Below are positions 37,414-48,300 of a DNA stretch of 64,000 bases, piece by piece. The translations under genes were made by a program, and so were the position numbers. Each line of letters opens with the position of its first letter. The first letter of the stretch is position 1. The DNA is from Dehalococcoidia bacterium. Lineage in GTDB: Bacteria; Chloroflexota; Dehalococcoidia; Lucifugimonadales; QGNO01. The stretch lies in assembly GCA_965261445.1 (NCBI GenBank), contig CBDHCW010000010.1, positions 95,584-159,583 on the forward strand, read 5' to 3'. The notes below the pieces were generated by a model, which ran no database searches, was not told the DNA's origin, and was given only the letters and a program-made list of their open reading frames with translations.

Positions 37414-38688
37414 TCAAACGGTGTAAGCGGGAGCTACTCTGCCGCTCCGATATATCTGCCGCAGGGTAGACCGCCACAAACTGAGCAACAGCAAGAAGCC
37501 AATGAACATGGATGCCGTTATAGTGAGGATGGTAGGTGCGCTCCACTGATCGGCCAGATAACCGTTGGCTAGGTTGGCGAATGCCATTGTGCCACCGGCA
37601 TGCATTGTGTAGATGCTGGAGACGCGGCCCCGCACGTGATCCTCCACGCTGCTCTGCACTAAGGTATTAGTGATGGCCATGAAGGTCGCCTGAGAGGCCC
37701 CCATCCCAGCCGCCGCTAAGAACGCGAGAGGCAGAGTCGAGGAAGCGGCCAGGGCTAGAGGAGTCAACCCACTGGTCAGTCCCGTGGCTAGCAGAAGCCA
37801 GCCAGTCCATCGACTACTCGTCAGACTTGCCAGTACGAGAACCCCGATGAGAGCACCGGCACCAGTGGCCATGATGAGCACGCTGAATACTGATCCTCCG
37901 GCCCCCAGTTCTCTCTGGGAAAACACTGGCAGCATTGACTCGAAGGACATGGTCAACGAACAGTGCAGGGCCACTAGGAGGATGATCAGTCCTATCGTGG
38001 CGTGACGATACGCGTACACAAGCCCCTCTGTCAGGTTACGTACCATACCTTGTTCAGAACGTACTTCACCTCGAGAAATGGTGTTCACCCGCAAGACAAA
38101 GAAGATCCCTACGGCGTAGAAGAAGGCTCCCAGCAGGAAGGCGCCTCCAACACCAATTGTGGCCAGCAGCGGCGCGACCAAACCGGGTCCTCCAATGCGT
38201 GAGCCGTACATGGCAATGCCGGAAAGAGCTACTGCGTTGAGCAAATTCCTGCGCGGCACTAAATTGGGGATCAAAGCCTGCATGCTAGGCATGATCATGG
38301 CCCTGACACACCCGCTAATGAAGGCGAAAGTTATCACTTGCCAGACCTGCACGGCGTCAACGGCAATCAAGATCGTGAGCAGCAGCGCCTGCAGCAAATT
38401 GACCGCGTAGCCTAGAGCAATCATCTTTCGACGGTCAAAGCGGTCGGCCAGCAGTCCGCCCAAGGGCGCGGCAATGATGAGTGGAATCATTGCCGCAAAC
38501 GTGACTACCCCGACCATCAGCGACGAGGATTCAGTCAGATTGAACACCAGCCAGCCCCTGGCAACTATCATTGACCAGACGCCCATGCCGGCAAAGGTGC
38601 TGCCTGTCCATAGGTAACGGTAGTCCCGGTGATGTAAGGCAGCGAATGTTGGCAGCCGAGAAAACCTAACTTGTGTAGCTTGGATCAC
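37414..38688 (-). CDS. MFS transporter (MFS_3 type)
   Basis: ALHHRDYRYLW, GGLLADRFDRRK, VRGRVSS; about 12 TM. Confidence 0.85.
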   Translation of the reverse strand: MIQATQVRFSRLPTFAALHHRDYRYLWTGSTFAGMGVWSMIVARGWLVFNLTESSSLMVGVVTFAAMIPLIIAAPLGGLLADRFDRRKMIALGYAVNLLQALLLTILIAVDAVQVWQVITFAFISGCVRAMIMPSMQALIPNLVPRRNLLNAVALSGIAMYGSRIGGPGLVAPLLATIGVGGAFLLGAFFYAVGIFFVLRVNTISRGEVRSEQGMVRNLTEGLVYAYRHATIGLIILLVALHCSLTMSFESMLPVFSQRELGAGGSVFSVLIMATGAGALIGVLVLASLTSSRWTGWLLLATGLTSGLTPLALAASSTLPLAFLAAAGMGASQATFMAITNTLVQSSVEDHVRGRVSSIYTMHAGGTMAFANLANGYLADQWSAPTILTITASMFIGFLLLLSLWRSTLRQIYRSGRVAPAYTV

Positions 38689-39085
38689 TGGTTCTCCAGG
38701 TGTTGCTAAGCTAGGCTTAGCTTACCAGAATACCGAAGCTTTTAGCTGCACAGGGGTCTGTTCACAAACATAGAAGCAGGGACATCCCGCCGTTTAAAAA
38801 CTTGTGAAAGTTTGTCTGTCAAGATTAGACCCAGCCCGTATAAACGCAATTTAGCATTTGACACGCGCCCGTATCCCGTATATGGTTAGTCCGTCTTGAA
38901 GATCACACAGGGGGGGGGTATACTGTTGTGAGGTACAGTAAAGGCTAATTCTCAAGCCACAAGGAATATTTGTCTCCGCCTTCAAGGTTTCAGTCGTTTC
39001 AATCATCTGTCCCCGTTCGTAGGTTTCCCCCATTGTTTTCCTAGGTCATTATTGCTTTGTCCCATAGACATGAAATAGCGAGGAA

Positions 39086-39958
39086 TTGCACAGACCAATG
39101 CTAGAGTTTCCAGAGAACTGGATAGTACGCGCAGACATCCAACGGTGGATTGATACCTCTATAGTCTGGGTCGTCAAGAACTGGGACCCCATCTTCAGCG
39201 CCATCAATACCGGTGTCCTGGCGATCCAGGTACCCTTGGAGAAGTTTCTCCTATGGCTCCCCTGGTGGTTGGTTATGGGAGTTGTCGCGCTTTTGGCCTG
39301 GAGGGTTGTTGGACGAAAAATCGCGGCAGTTGCCGTGGCGCTGCTTTTCTTGATGGGCGTGTTAGGGCTTCTAGACTATGCTATGCAGACCTTAGCCATC
39401 CTCATCACAGCCACCTTGCTGGCTATCGGGATTGGCATGCCCATTGGGATCCTGGGAGCTAAGAACGACCGACTTGACGCTATCATCAGGCCCATCCTGG
39501 ATGGCATGCAGACCATGCCCAGCTTTGTGTATCTGGTCCCGGCCATCATGCTCTTTGGACTGGGGAAGACCCCAGCAATCATGTCAACCGTCATCTACGC
39601 TGTTCCACCCTTGATCCGACTGACCAACCTGGGCATTCGACAGGTGGACCCCGAAGTAGTAGAAGCAGCGCGGGCCTTTGGCTCCACCTCGCGTCAGATA
39701 CTAGTCAAGGTCCAGCTTCCCATGGCTGTTCCCACTATCATGGCAGGAATCAATCAGACCATCATGATGGCCTTGGCCATGGTGGTCATCGCCTCTATGA
39801 TAGGAGCGAAGGGACTGGGGATTGAGGTGTTGAACGGCATCGCGCGGCTAGAGGTGGGCCGAGGTTTCCTAGGAGGACTAGGCATCGTCATCATGGCCAT
39901 CATCATCGACCGTATTACACAAGGGCTTGCAAGGGGAAGGAGGGCTAGATCTACCTAA
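39086..39958 (+). CDS. proW: Glycine betaine/proline ABC transporter permease
   Basis: LDGMQTMPSFVYLVPA, EAARAFG, AGINQTIMMALAMVVIASMIGA. Confidence 0.9.
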   Translation: MHRPMLEFPENWIVRADIQRWIDTSIVWVVKNWDPIFSAINTGVLAIQVPLEKFLLWLPWWLVMGVVALLAWRVVGRKIAAVAVALLFLMGVLGLLDYAMQTLAILITATLLAIGIGMPIGILGAKNDRLDAIIRPILDGMQTMPSFVYLVPAIMLFGLGKTPAIMSTVIYAVPPLIRLTNLGIRQVDPEVVEAARAFGSTSRQILVKVQLPMAVPTIMAGINQTIMMALAMVVIASMIGAKGLGIEVLNGIARLEVGRGFLGGLGIVIMAIIIDRITQGLARGRRARST

Positions 39959-39996
39959 CCTTCCCTGTGCACTATAAATAGCTAAAGGAGTTGACT

Positions 39997-41033
39997 ATGA
40001 AACCACTGTTTGAAATGAAGGCTAAGCTTTTCTTGATAGCCGTCGCCCTGTTGGCGCTTCCCCTCTTCGCCGCATGTTCATCTGAAGAAGAGAAACCCAC
40101 TATCAAGCTGAGCGACCAGCAGTTCGAGTCGCATTGGATCAACAACGCGCTGGTCAAATTCGTTGTGGAGAACGGCTACGAGTATCCTGTGGAGACCATA
40201 GAGATGTCGACGGTCATCATGCAGGCAACACTGGCCACCGGTGAGATTCATCTGAATATGGAGCTGTGGCAACAGAACCTCATCGACTGGTACAACGAAG
40301 AGACGGCGGCGGGCAACGTCATCAATCTAGGGGAGACCTACGAGGGCGGCCCACAGTTCTTCGTCGTGCCTACGTACTTCGCAGAGGAGTACGGTATCAC
40401 GTCCGTCGAGGACATGAAGAAGCCCGAAGTGGTCGCAGCCCTGCCCGATCCTGAGGAGCGCTCCAAGGGCGCCTTCATCAACTGCATCATCGGCTGGCAA
40501 TGCGCGGAGATCAACCGCGCCAAGTTCGCGGCTTACGGCTTGGACGAGTACTACAACATGATCGACACGGGCACCTCAGCGGCCATGGACGCCGGCCTAG
40601 CAGGACCTCAGGAGAGGGGCGATCCTGTTTTCGGTTACTACTGGGCCCCCACCTCTCTCATGGGGAAGTACGACTGGGTGGTCCTGGAAGAGCCCCAATA
40701 CACGGAATCGTGCTGGGAAGAGGTCATCAAAGGGCGCGATGACGCTACCTACACACCCGCCGAGGCTTGCGCCTATGAGACCCTGCCTGTTGACAAGGGC
40801 ATCCATAGCAGCCTCGAGGACCTGGCCCCCGATGTTGTCGAGATGCTCCGTAAGATGAACGTGGGGCTACAACCATCAACGTGACGGCGGCTTGGGCTAT
40901 AGACAACGACATCCAGGGCGACTGGGAGAAAGCCGCTATCTACTACCTGCAAACCTACGAGGACAGATGGACCAGCTGGATGCCAAGTGAAAACGCGGAC
41001 AAAGTCAAAGAAGCGCTGGCGGAAATGAGCTAG
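39997..41033 (+). pseudogene. proX: Glycine betaine ABC substrate-binding lipoprotein, frameshifted near 40875
   Basis: Lipobox FAAC, MELW, YYWAPT; C-terminus INVTAAWA...DRWTSWMP...KVKEALAEMS* continues in another frame. Confidence 0.75.
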
Positions 41034-41051
41034 TAAGTCAGATCTAGTCAC

Positions 41052-41093
41052 CCAAAAGAAAAGGCGGGCTGGCCAGCCCGCCTTTTCTTTTGG
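41052..41093. terminator. Bidirectional terminator between convergent proX and proV
   Basis: CCAAAAGAAAAGGCGGGCT-GGCC-AGCCCGCCTTTTCTTTTGG palindrome. Confidence 0.85.
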
Positions 41094-41115
41094 AACGATA
41101 TATCTCCCGTTGCTC

Positions 41116-42391
41116 TTACGGCCGCTCCGCCTCGCTGGCGGCTCCGGCGGTCTGCTGTTCGTCCGTTTCTTCAGCCCCGTTCTCCGTGACCACGGAACCT
41201 ATGCTAGTCAGCACCGCAGCGCGGTGCACTTCTCCCAGCAATCGTCCCTTCTCATCTACAACCGGTATGGGATGCTCATATTCCGCCGCCAGGTTCACCA
41301 GGTCCTCAACCAGGGTATCCGATGTAACACTGGGCATATCCATACCGTCCAGATCCTTGAACGTAGTGACGCCTCCTCTGAACGCACTGTTCGCCGCATC
41401 CAGGTCTACCAAGCCCCGGAACTCGCGGTTGCGTCCCACGACAAATGCATGGTTCACATCATTGGAGCGCATGCTATGCAACGCCACGCGTGGTCCTTGC
41501 CACTCGTAGACAACGCTCTCCGGCTCCTGCATTATGCTGCTTGCGCTCAGCACTTTGGCCGGTGATATATCCTTAACGAACTCGGTCACGTAGGCGTCCG
41601 CGGGTATTGTAACTATCTCTTCCGGCGTACCTATCTGGATTATCTCGCCGTCGCGCATTATGGCAATGCGGCTGCCCAGCTTCAACGCTTCGTTGAGGTC
41701 ATGCGTAATGAAGACAATCGTCTTTTGTACCTGGGCCTGAAGGGCAATCAATTCGTCCTGCATCTCGCGACGGATCAGGGGATCAAGCCCGCTGAAGGGC
41801 TCGTCCATGAGCAGGATTTCCGGCTCCAGTACCAGGGCGCGTGCAATCCCCACACGTTGCTGCATCCCTCCGCTGAGTTCGTCCGGATAGGCCTGGTCCC
41901 ACCCTGTCAGCCCCACCATTTCCAGCGTGGAATGCGCTCTGCTGTACCGTTCCTCTTTACCAATCCCCTGGACTTCCAGACCGTAGGCCACATTGTCAAG
42001 GACCTTTCTATGGGGAAGCAAGCCGTAATGCTGGAATATCATCCCGGTTTGCTTACGGCGCAACTGGATAAGCTGCTCATCGCTGTATTGAGTTATGTCT
42101 TTCACCGTCTATTGCAATTGCACCAAGCGTAGGTTCAATCAAGCGAATAAGGCACCGCACCAGCGTGGATTTTCCCGAACCGGAAAGCCCCATCACCACA
42201 AAAACCTCTCCAACGCCAACATCAAAAGAGACGTCCTTGATGCCAATTACATGCCCCGTTTTCTCCTGCACCTCTTTCCTGGACGCCTCTCTTATCCATT
42301 CCTGATTCATAAGAGAGTCCGCATCCGGGCCGAAGATTTTCCACACGCCACGAACGGATATTCTAGCTTCTCCGGGGTTGTCACCATTCAT
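41116..42391 (-). pseudogene. proV: Glycine betaine ABC ATPase with CBS domains, frameshifted near 42100
   Basis: Walker A GLSGSGKST in 42077..42391; [17 protein letters not shown] and CBS in 41116..42105; one extra A in GGTGAAAGACATA. Confidence 0.8.
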
Positions 42392-42599
42392 TGTGAAGCC
42401 CCTCCTTGGATTATTATGCTTGGGGATTTATCGGGGGACGGTACCGTCCAAGAAAAGAAACGCCAGTTGACAACTAGCATTACGAATGAAGTTAAACCTT
42501 AGTCACATACGGGTTGTGTGTCAAGGTTGCCAGATTGAGAGAAGTGCAAAGTCTTGCTTTTGCTTGCCTAAAGTGCGCTTTTCAGGTTTAGTCTAGGCA

Positions 42600-42673
42600 C
42601 AAAAATAAGATGGGGCTAAGTAGGTGGTAACTACTTAGCCCCAGCCAATCGGAGGTTCCGTCTCCTCATAGCG
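42600..42673 (-). ncRNA. Candidate ~75-nt sRNA
   Basis: TTGAAT-17-TACAAT promoter (42708..42680); 13-bp hairpin with T-rich tail. Confidence 0.4.
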
Positions 42674-42931
42674 TACAACATTGTAACTCCACTTTCGACG
42701 GTATTCAAGCCAGAGGACGGCGTGCCGACGTGCTTAGGCAAAGTTTCCATGCGATACGTGAAATCAGACCCGGCAAAGGGACACCTCTACAGGTGCATGG
42801 AATGCCACCTGACAGAATCGCAAAGGGGATTACGCGCAATCTAGTTCTGCGACATAATCCGCCGCATATCCGCCCACGCGGCTCGGCTGGCGCCCTTAGC
42901 TTGGCTTCCTACCTAGTGCTATACTCAACTA

Positions 42932-43855
42932 GTGCTCAAACCGGTAACCATAGCTGTTCCCGCCACCACCGCCAACCTTGGGCCAGGCTTCGACTGCCTG
43001 GGCATGGCGCTGGATATATGGAACTACGTACAGTTTCACCCCGGCCGGCAGCCCGGGGTACAAGTGATCGGTGAAGGAGAAGGAAGGCTCACCTCAGGTC
43101 AGGGCAACATGGTGTTCCGGGCAGCGCAACGGTACTTCCAGGAGACCGGGGTGCTCCTGCCTCAGTTCTCAATTACGTGCCACAACCGGATCCCCTTGGC
43201 CAGGGGTCTCGGCAGCAGCTCAGCGGCAATAGCCGGTGGTATCCTCGGCGCTTGTCTAATGAGCGGGGTAACTCCTGAGCCGGAGGTGATTTGGAAGCTG
43301 GCAGTCGCCACGGAAGGGCACCCGGACAACGTCACCCCGGCCCTCTTCGGCGGATGTCAAATAGCGGTAACGGACGGCAATAGCCTGGTGCGAGCGTCCG
43401 TACCGTTGCCGGAAGGGATCAAAGCCGTACTGTTCATACCGGACCTGCCCATGGGAACCAGGAAGGCCAGAAACGTTATCCCTCAGAAGGTCAGCCTGAA
43501 GGATGCCGTATTCAACTCCGGTCGCGTGGGGCTGTTAGTGAATGCCCTGGCAACAGGCCGGCTGGACGACTTGAGAGTCGCCACGCAGGACCGTCTCCAC
43601 CAGCCGGCGCGCCAAACCATCTTCCCCGCCATGAAGCCGCTCTTCAAGAGCGCACTGGACGGCGGCGCCCTAGGCGTATTCCTGTCCGGGGCAGGCTCAA
43701 CGGTGCTTGCACTCACCAAAGGCAACGAAGTTACCGTAGCCAGGGAGATGGAAGACGGTGCAAACAAGGCCGGAGTCAACGGCAGTGTAAAGATCACTCA
43801 ACCCTCCTTGCAGGGAGCACATGCCACTCCAGACGGTACAATAGGCGCCACTTAG
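42932..43855 (+). CDS. thrB: Homoserine kinase
   Basis: VPATTANLGPGFD, IPLARGLGSSSAA, EGHPDN, DRLHQP, SGAGST. Confidence 0.95.
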   Translation: MLKPVTIAVPATTANLGPGFDCLGMALDIWNYVQFHPGRQPGVQVIGEGEGRLTSGQGNMVFRAAQRYFQETGVLLPQFSITCHNRIPLARGLGSSSAAIAGGILGACLMSGVTPEPEVIWKLAVATEGHPDNVTPALFGGCQIAVTDGNSLVRASVPLPEGIKAVLFIPDLPMGTRKARNVIPQKVSLKDAVFNSGRVGLLVNALATGRLDDLRVATQDRLHQPARQTIFPAMKPLFKSALDGGALGVFLSGAGSTVLALTKGNEVTVAREMEDGANKAGVNGSVKITQPSLQGAHATPDGTIGAT

Positions 43856-43857
43856 CC

Positions 43858-44604
43858 ATGGGAGCGGCGCAGCACGTCCCCTTCCTCTGCGTAATCATCC
43901 CGGCTTACAACGAGGAAAAGCGCATACCCTCAACCTTGGAAAAGGTCGCTGGATATTTGCAAACCCAGGACTACTCCTGGGAGGTCCTTGTAGTCGACGA
44001 CGGCAGTAGTGATAGCACCGCCGGCCTCGTCTCCGACTTCGCAGCCAGCCACCCCGGCGTCTCGCTGCTGTCCATCTCCCACTCCGGCAAGGGCTGGGCG
44101 GTACGATCCGGCATGCTTCACACCCGGGCCCAGCACCGGTTCATTTGCGACGCAGACCTCTCCATGCCCATAGTGCAGTTGGAACGTTTCCTGCCGCCCC
44201 GTCTCAGCGACTATCACGTGGCTTTGGGTTCGCGGGAAGCGCCCGGAGCGCGCCGCTTCAACGAACCGCGCCGCCGCCACCTCATGGGCAGGGTATACAA
44301 TACCCTGACAAGATTGCTTGCCGTTCCCGGAGTCAGCGATACGCAATGCGGGTTCAAGTGCTTCACAGGGCCGGCAGCGGATAAGCTCTTTGCCATGCAG
44401 CACACTCCGGGGTTTGCTTTCGACGTTGAAATACTATTCTTGGCTCGCCGCCTAGGACTGCGCCTTGTAGAAGTACCCGTAGATTGGCATTACTCCTCAG
44501 AAAGCAAGGTGCGTCCCCTGCGGGACGGGTTGAGCATGATGTTGGATATCCTCAAGATTCGCTGGGCCTCCCTTCGAGGAAGGTACCGCACCATCGACTC
44601 CTGA
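43858..44604 (+). CDS. GT2 glycosyltransferase, dolichyl-phosphate beta-glucosyltransferase-like
   Basis: IPAYNEE, VDDGSSD, GKGWAVRSG, DADLS, DTQCGFK, FAFDVE. Confidence 0.85.
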   Translation: MGAAQHVPFLCVIIPAYNEEKRIPSTLEKVAGYLQTQDYSWEVLVVDDGSSDSTAGLVSDFAASHPGVSLLSISHSGKGWAVRSGMLHTRAQHRFICDADLSMPIVQLERFLPPRLSDYHVALGSREAPGARRFNEPRRRHLMGRVYNTLTRLLAVPGVSDTQCGFKCFTGPAADKLFAMQHTPGFAFDVEILFLARRLGLRLVEVPVDWHYSSESKVRPLRDGLSMMLDILKIRWASLRGRYRTIDS

Positions 44605-45345
44605 ATGAATACCATAGTTGTCATTCCAACCTACAACGAGGCTGAAAATCTCCCCGTTCTGTTCGATGCCTTGTTTTCACTTCAACTGCCGGGGCTAGAG
44701 CTCCTCGTGGTGGATGACAACTCGCCGGACGGCACCGCCGACCTGGCGCATAGACTCGGCCAGGAGCGACGGCGTGGAGTGCACGTGCTGCGTCGCGCCC
44801 AAAAAGAGGGGCTGGGACCCGCCTACGTAGCCGGGTTTGAAGAGGCGCTGCGTCTGGGAGCGGAGGCCGTAGTGCAAATGGACGCCGATATGTCGCACCC
44901 CCCTGAGGTATTGCCGAACCTGCTGAAAGCCCTTGACCGGTACCAGGTAGTGGTCGCGTCGCGGTACATACCTGGGGGAGGAGTATCGGGAGATTGGGGA
45001 GTATTGCGTCGTCTAATCAGCCGCGGCGGGGACTTCTACGTGCGCTTGGTAACCGGGCTGAAAGTAGAGGACACCAAGTCCGGCTTCAAGGCCTATCGCA
45101 GAGAGAGTCTGCAAGCCCTGCCTCTGAGGTCCATACGAAGCCGCGGTTATATCTTCCAGACAGAGGTGCTCTACCTGTGTCAGCGCCTTGGCCTTTCTAT
45201 GGGAGAGGTTCCGTACACCTTCGAGCAAAGAGCCGCCGGCCGCTCCAAAATGAGTCTGGGCATAATGGTGGAAGCCTTGTGGCGCGCTATCCAAATGCGC
45301 TGGCGCCCCCTCAAGCCGTCAGGCCGTTCGCCAAGGGACAACTAG
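44605..45345 (+). CDS. GT2 polyprenol monophosphomannose synthase-like
   Basis: IPTYNEAEN, VDDNSPDGT, GLGPAYVAGF, MDADMSH, GYIFQTE. Confidence 0.85.
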   Translation: MNTIVVIPTYNEAENLPVLFDALFSLQLPGLELLVVDDNSPDGTADLAHRLGQERRRGVHVLRRAQKEGLGPAYVAGFEEALRLGAEAVVQMDADMSHPPEVLPNLLKALDRYQVVVASRYIPGGGVSGDWGVLRRLISRGGDFYVRLVTGLKVEDTKSGFKAYRRESLQALPLRSIRSRGYIFQTEVLYLCQRLGLSMGEVPYTFEQRAAGRSKMSLGIMVEALWRAIQMRWRPLKPSGRSPRDN

Positions 45346-45364
45346 CCGCCCGTTTGCTCTCGCG

Positions 45365-48300
45365 CTAAGGGACGGATGCCAAAGCACCGGCCTTTGCCGA
45401 TATACGGCGGCCCAGCCCCAGTAGGTCCACGGCCCTAGCCCGGGTCTCTTCGTCTAGCTCCGTGTGCACGTGAAGCTCTCCGCCTTGCTTGGAGGCCAGG
45501 GGGATGCCGTCTCGATAAATGATCCTGTTGCCGTTCACGGCGGGGACTTTAGCCCCGGGTGTCAGTATGCCGGCCAAGTTCAGCGGATCGCTGGCGGAGA
45601 GGGACATCAACCGTTCATCCGGTTCCGACCTGCGCATGTTACGCAGAGTCTCGATTGCCTCCGGCAGGGCGAACTGTTCTCCAATGAACCCGGCAACGAA
45701 CCTGCCTCCGCGTATTTCCCCTCTTGCTTCAGAGCGGCGATAGAATTGGAGAAGCGTACGCCATGACGGAGCCATGGGCTCGCGGGCAAGCAGATCGGGA
45801 AACACTACTCCATAGCGATGCAGCAGCTGAATGGCGCGCTCCTCCACGGCGTTGTCCGGCGCGTAACGCGTCTGGAGCAACGACCAGCGACTGGCGGACG
45901 GGCGGCCCGCCCTGGAGCGTCTTTTGAACCTGGAAGAGCGCTTGACACGCTTTGCGGCGCCGCTGACAAGGCCCCGCAGAGCGTTGAAGCCGTCAGCCGT
46001 GACCAGGCCGGCCGCCACAAGCTGCCAGAGAGCGTTCTCAACCTCTGAGGGCATCCGCTTTGTACCGGCGATGATATCGGGAAGGAACGAAGCTCCATAG
46101 CTGGACAGGAAATCCCTGACGTCGGCGGCGGCGCCCGTTACCTGGTAACCTTCCGGTGGCACTTCGTGCAGCAGCCATGGCAGCGCTTCTCTAAGGCACA
46201 GGGCCACGGTCCCGCTCCTAGAAAGCGGCGTTCGTGCCAGCGGAGCCTGGCCGTCGGTGGGACGTCGACTGAACCTGCCCCAGACGACCTCACCGGCCAG
46301 GCATAGGCTGTCCAGCGTGGAGGGAAGATAGGTCTCCATCCGAGAGGGCAGTATGTCCGATTCCCAGGACGATGCGGAAGCTTCGAAGCCCTGCAGCTGT
46401 TCGATAACTTCCAGCAAGCCGTCCTCACCGCGCGCCCTCCATGAAGCCGATGCGTGCTGCCATCGGAAGAGGAACCTCATGAACTCCGCCGACGATACAG
46501 GCTCTATTTCACGCCTCAACCGGGTGATGGTGTCCTTGTGGATCCTGGCCAGGATGCGGCGGTCGCAGAACTCCTCATCTTCCAGACCGGGAGTGAAGTA
46601 ACCCCGCAGTACGCCGCCCGTGGCTTCCAGGTGGGCCAGCGCTATGTCCACTGCGCCCTTCCTCATTCCCAGTGCCTCAGCCATACCGGCAGGCGTGAAG
46701 GGTCCGGAGCACTCCACCCTGTTCCTGACCAGAATCAGCTCCGCTTCATCCTGGCCGGGAGGCTCTGTCTCTGCCAACGCTCCATTGAGCGTCGGGTCAA
46801 ATCTGGCCTCAGGAAAAGCTGCCGATACCAGGGGGACGTTTTCCCGGGCAATCCAGGCCATGCGTCCATTGCCGTAGAGCGCCTTCAGGGCGCGGCCCTC
46901 CCCTACCAGCTCGTTGAACCAGTCCAGCCAGCCGTCTTTCTCAACGAGGTTTGCGCCGCGCCCTATATCCCGTTCAGGCAGTATTCCAAGAGTGAGTAGG
47001 GCGTCATGCAGCTCATCGGCGTCCCGCACCACGGGCCAGGCATCTTGAGAACCGTTCTCTACAGCGGAGGCATCCAACGTCCCCAGATCTCGCGAGTCTT
47101 CCGGCAAAGCACGGCGCAGCACTACCGCCCTGGAACGGCGTTCTTCCAGCGGCACGTCGTCCAGGAAAGCATAGGGCATGGCGTTCAATATCTGGTGGCT
47201 GAAGACGGACGGCTGCACGGTATCCCTGGCAAACACCTCAATTGATCCCTTTTCTACTCCTTCCAGCACACGGCGCATCCCTTCCACGTCCATCGCCTCG
47301 TTGAGGGCGTCCCGCATCGTTTCGAACACCAGGGGATGGTCTGGGATTTCGATGTCTCCGGGCATAGCGTTATCCTGGCAGGCAACCTGCTCGGGGAACA
47401 CCGCGGCCAGCAGATCTTCCGAGCGCATCCTCTGGAAAGGCGGCGGCACCTTCTTTCCGCCGGCGAAGCGCAATATGGCCAGGGCTCGGGTAGCGTCCCA
47501 ACGCCACCTGATGCCGAAAAGCGGCGCTTGGAGTATGGCCTGCTCTAGCACTTCTTGCGCCTTCCTGGACGATATGTATTTGAAAACGTTGTCTATGGGG
47601 AACGTCATGGAAGGACCCAGCGAGAGGTTGATCCCGTCCTCGGTCGCCGAGGCCTGAAGCTCGAAGTCGAAAGTGCGGCAGATCTCCTTCCTCAAAGACA
47701 TGCCCCAGGCCTTGTTGACGTGAGACCCGAACGGGGCGTGTATTACCAACTGCATACCCCCCGCTTCATCGAAGAAGCGCTCGGCCACAATGCGTTTCTT
47801 CGTGGGCACGCTTCCCAGGACTCTCATACCTTCTACAATGTACGCCGATGCCTGTTCCGCCACTTCCCTGGAGAAGCCTTGGCTCACAAGCCATTGAACG
47901 CCATTGCCGTCTTGGGAACGCTGATACAGCTCTTCGCGCAGATCCGAAACTTCGTCCGAGAGTTCGTTTGTCCTGCCGGGCGCCTCACCGATCCAGAAGG
48001 GTATGGAAGGCGCCGCTCCCTGGGCATCCTCCACTCTAAGCCGGCCGCTCTCCACGCGCAGAATTCGCCACGGCGTATTGCCCAGCAAGAAAACGTCTCC
48101 CCTCATGCTTTCAATGGCGAAATCTTCGTTGACCGTGCCCACAAACGTGTTATCCGGCTCCGCTATAACATCGTAGTCCGCGTTCTCCGGGATAGCTCCA
48201 CCGCTGGTCAGGGACGCCAGGCGGGCGCCGCGTCGCGCCTTCAACTTGCGGTTCACCGCATCACGATGGAGATAAGCATTGCGCCTGCCTTCCCTGGGAG

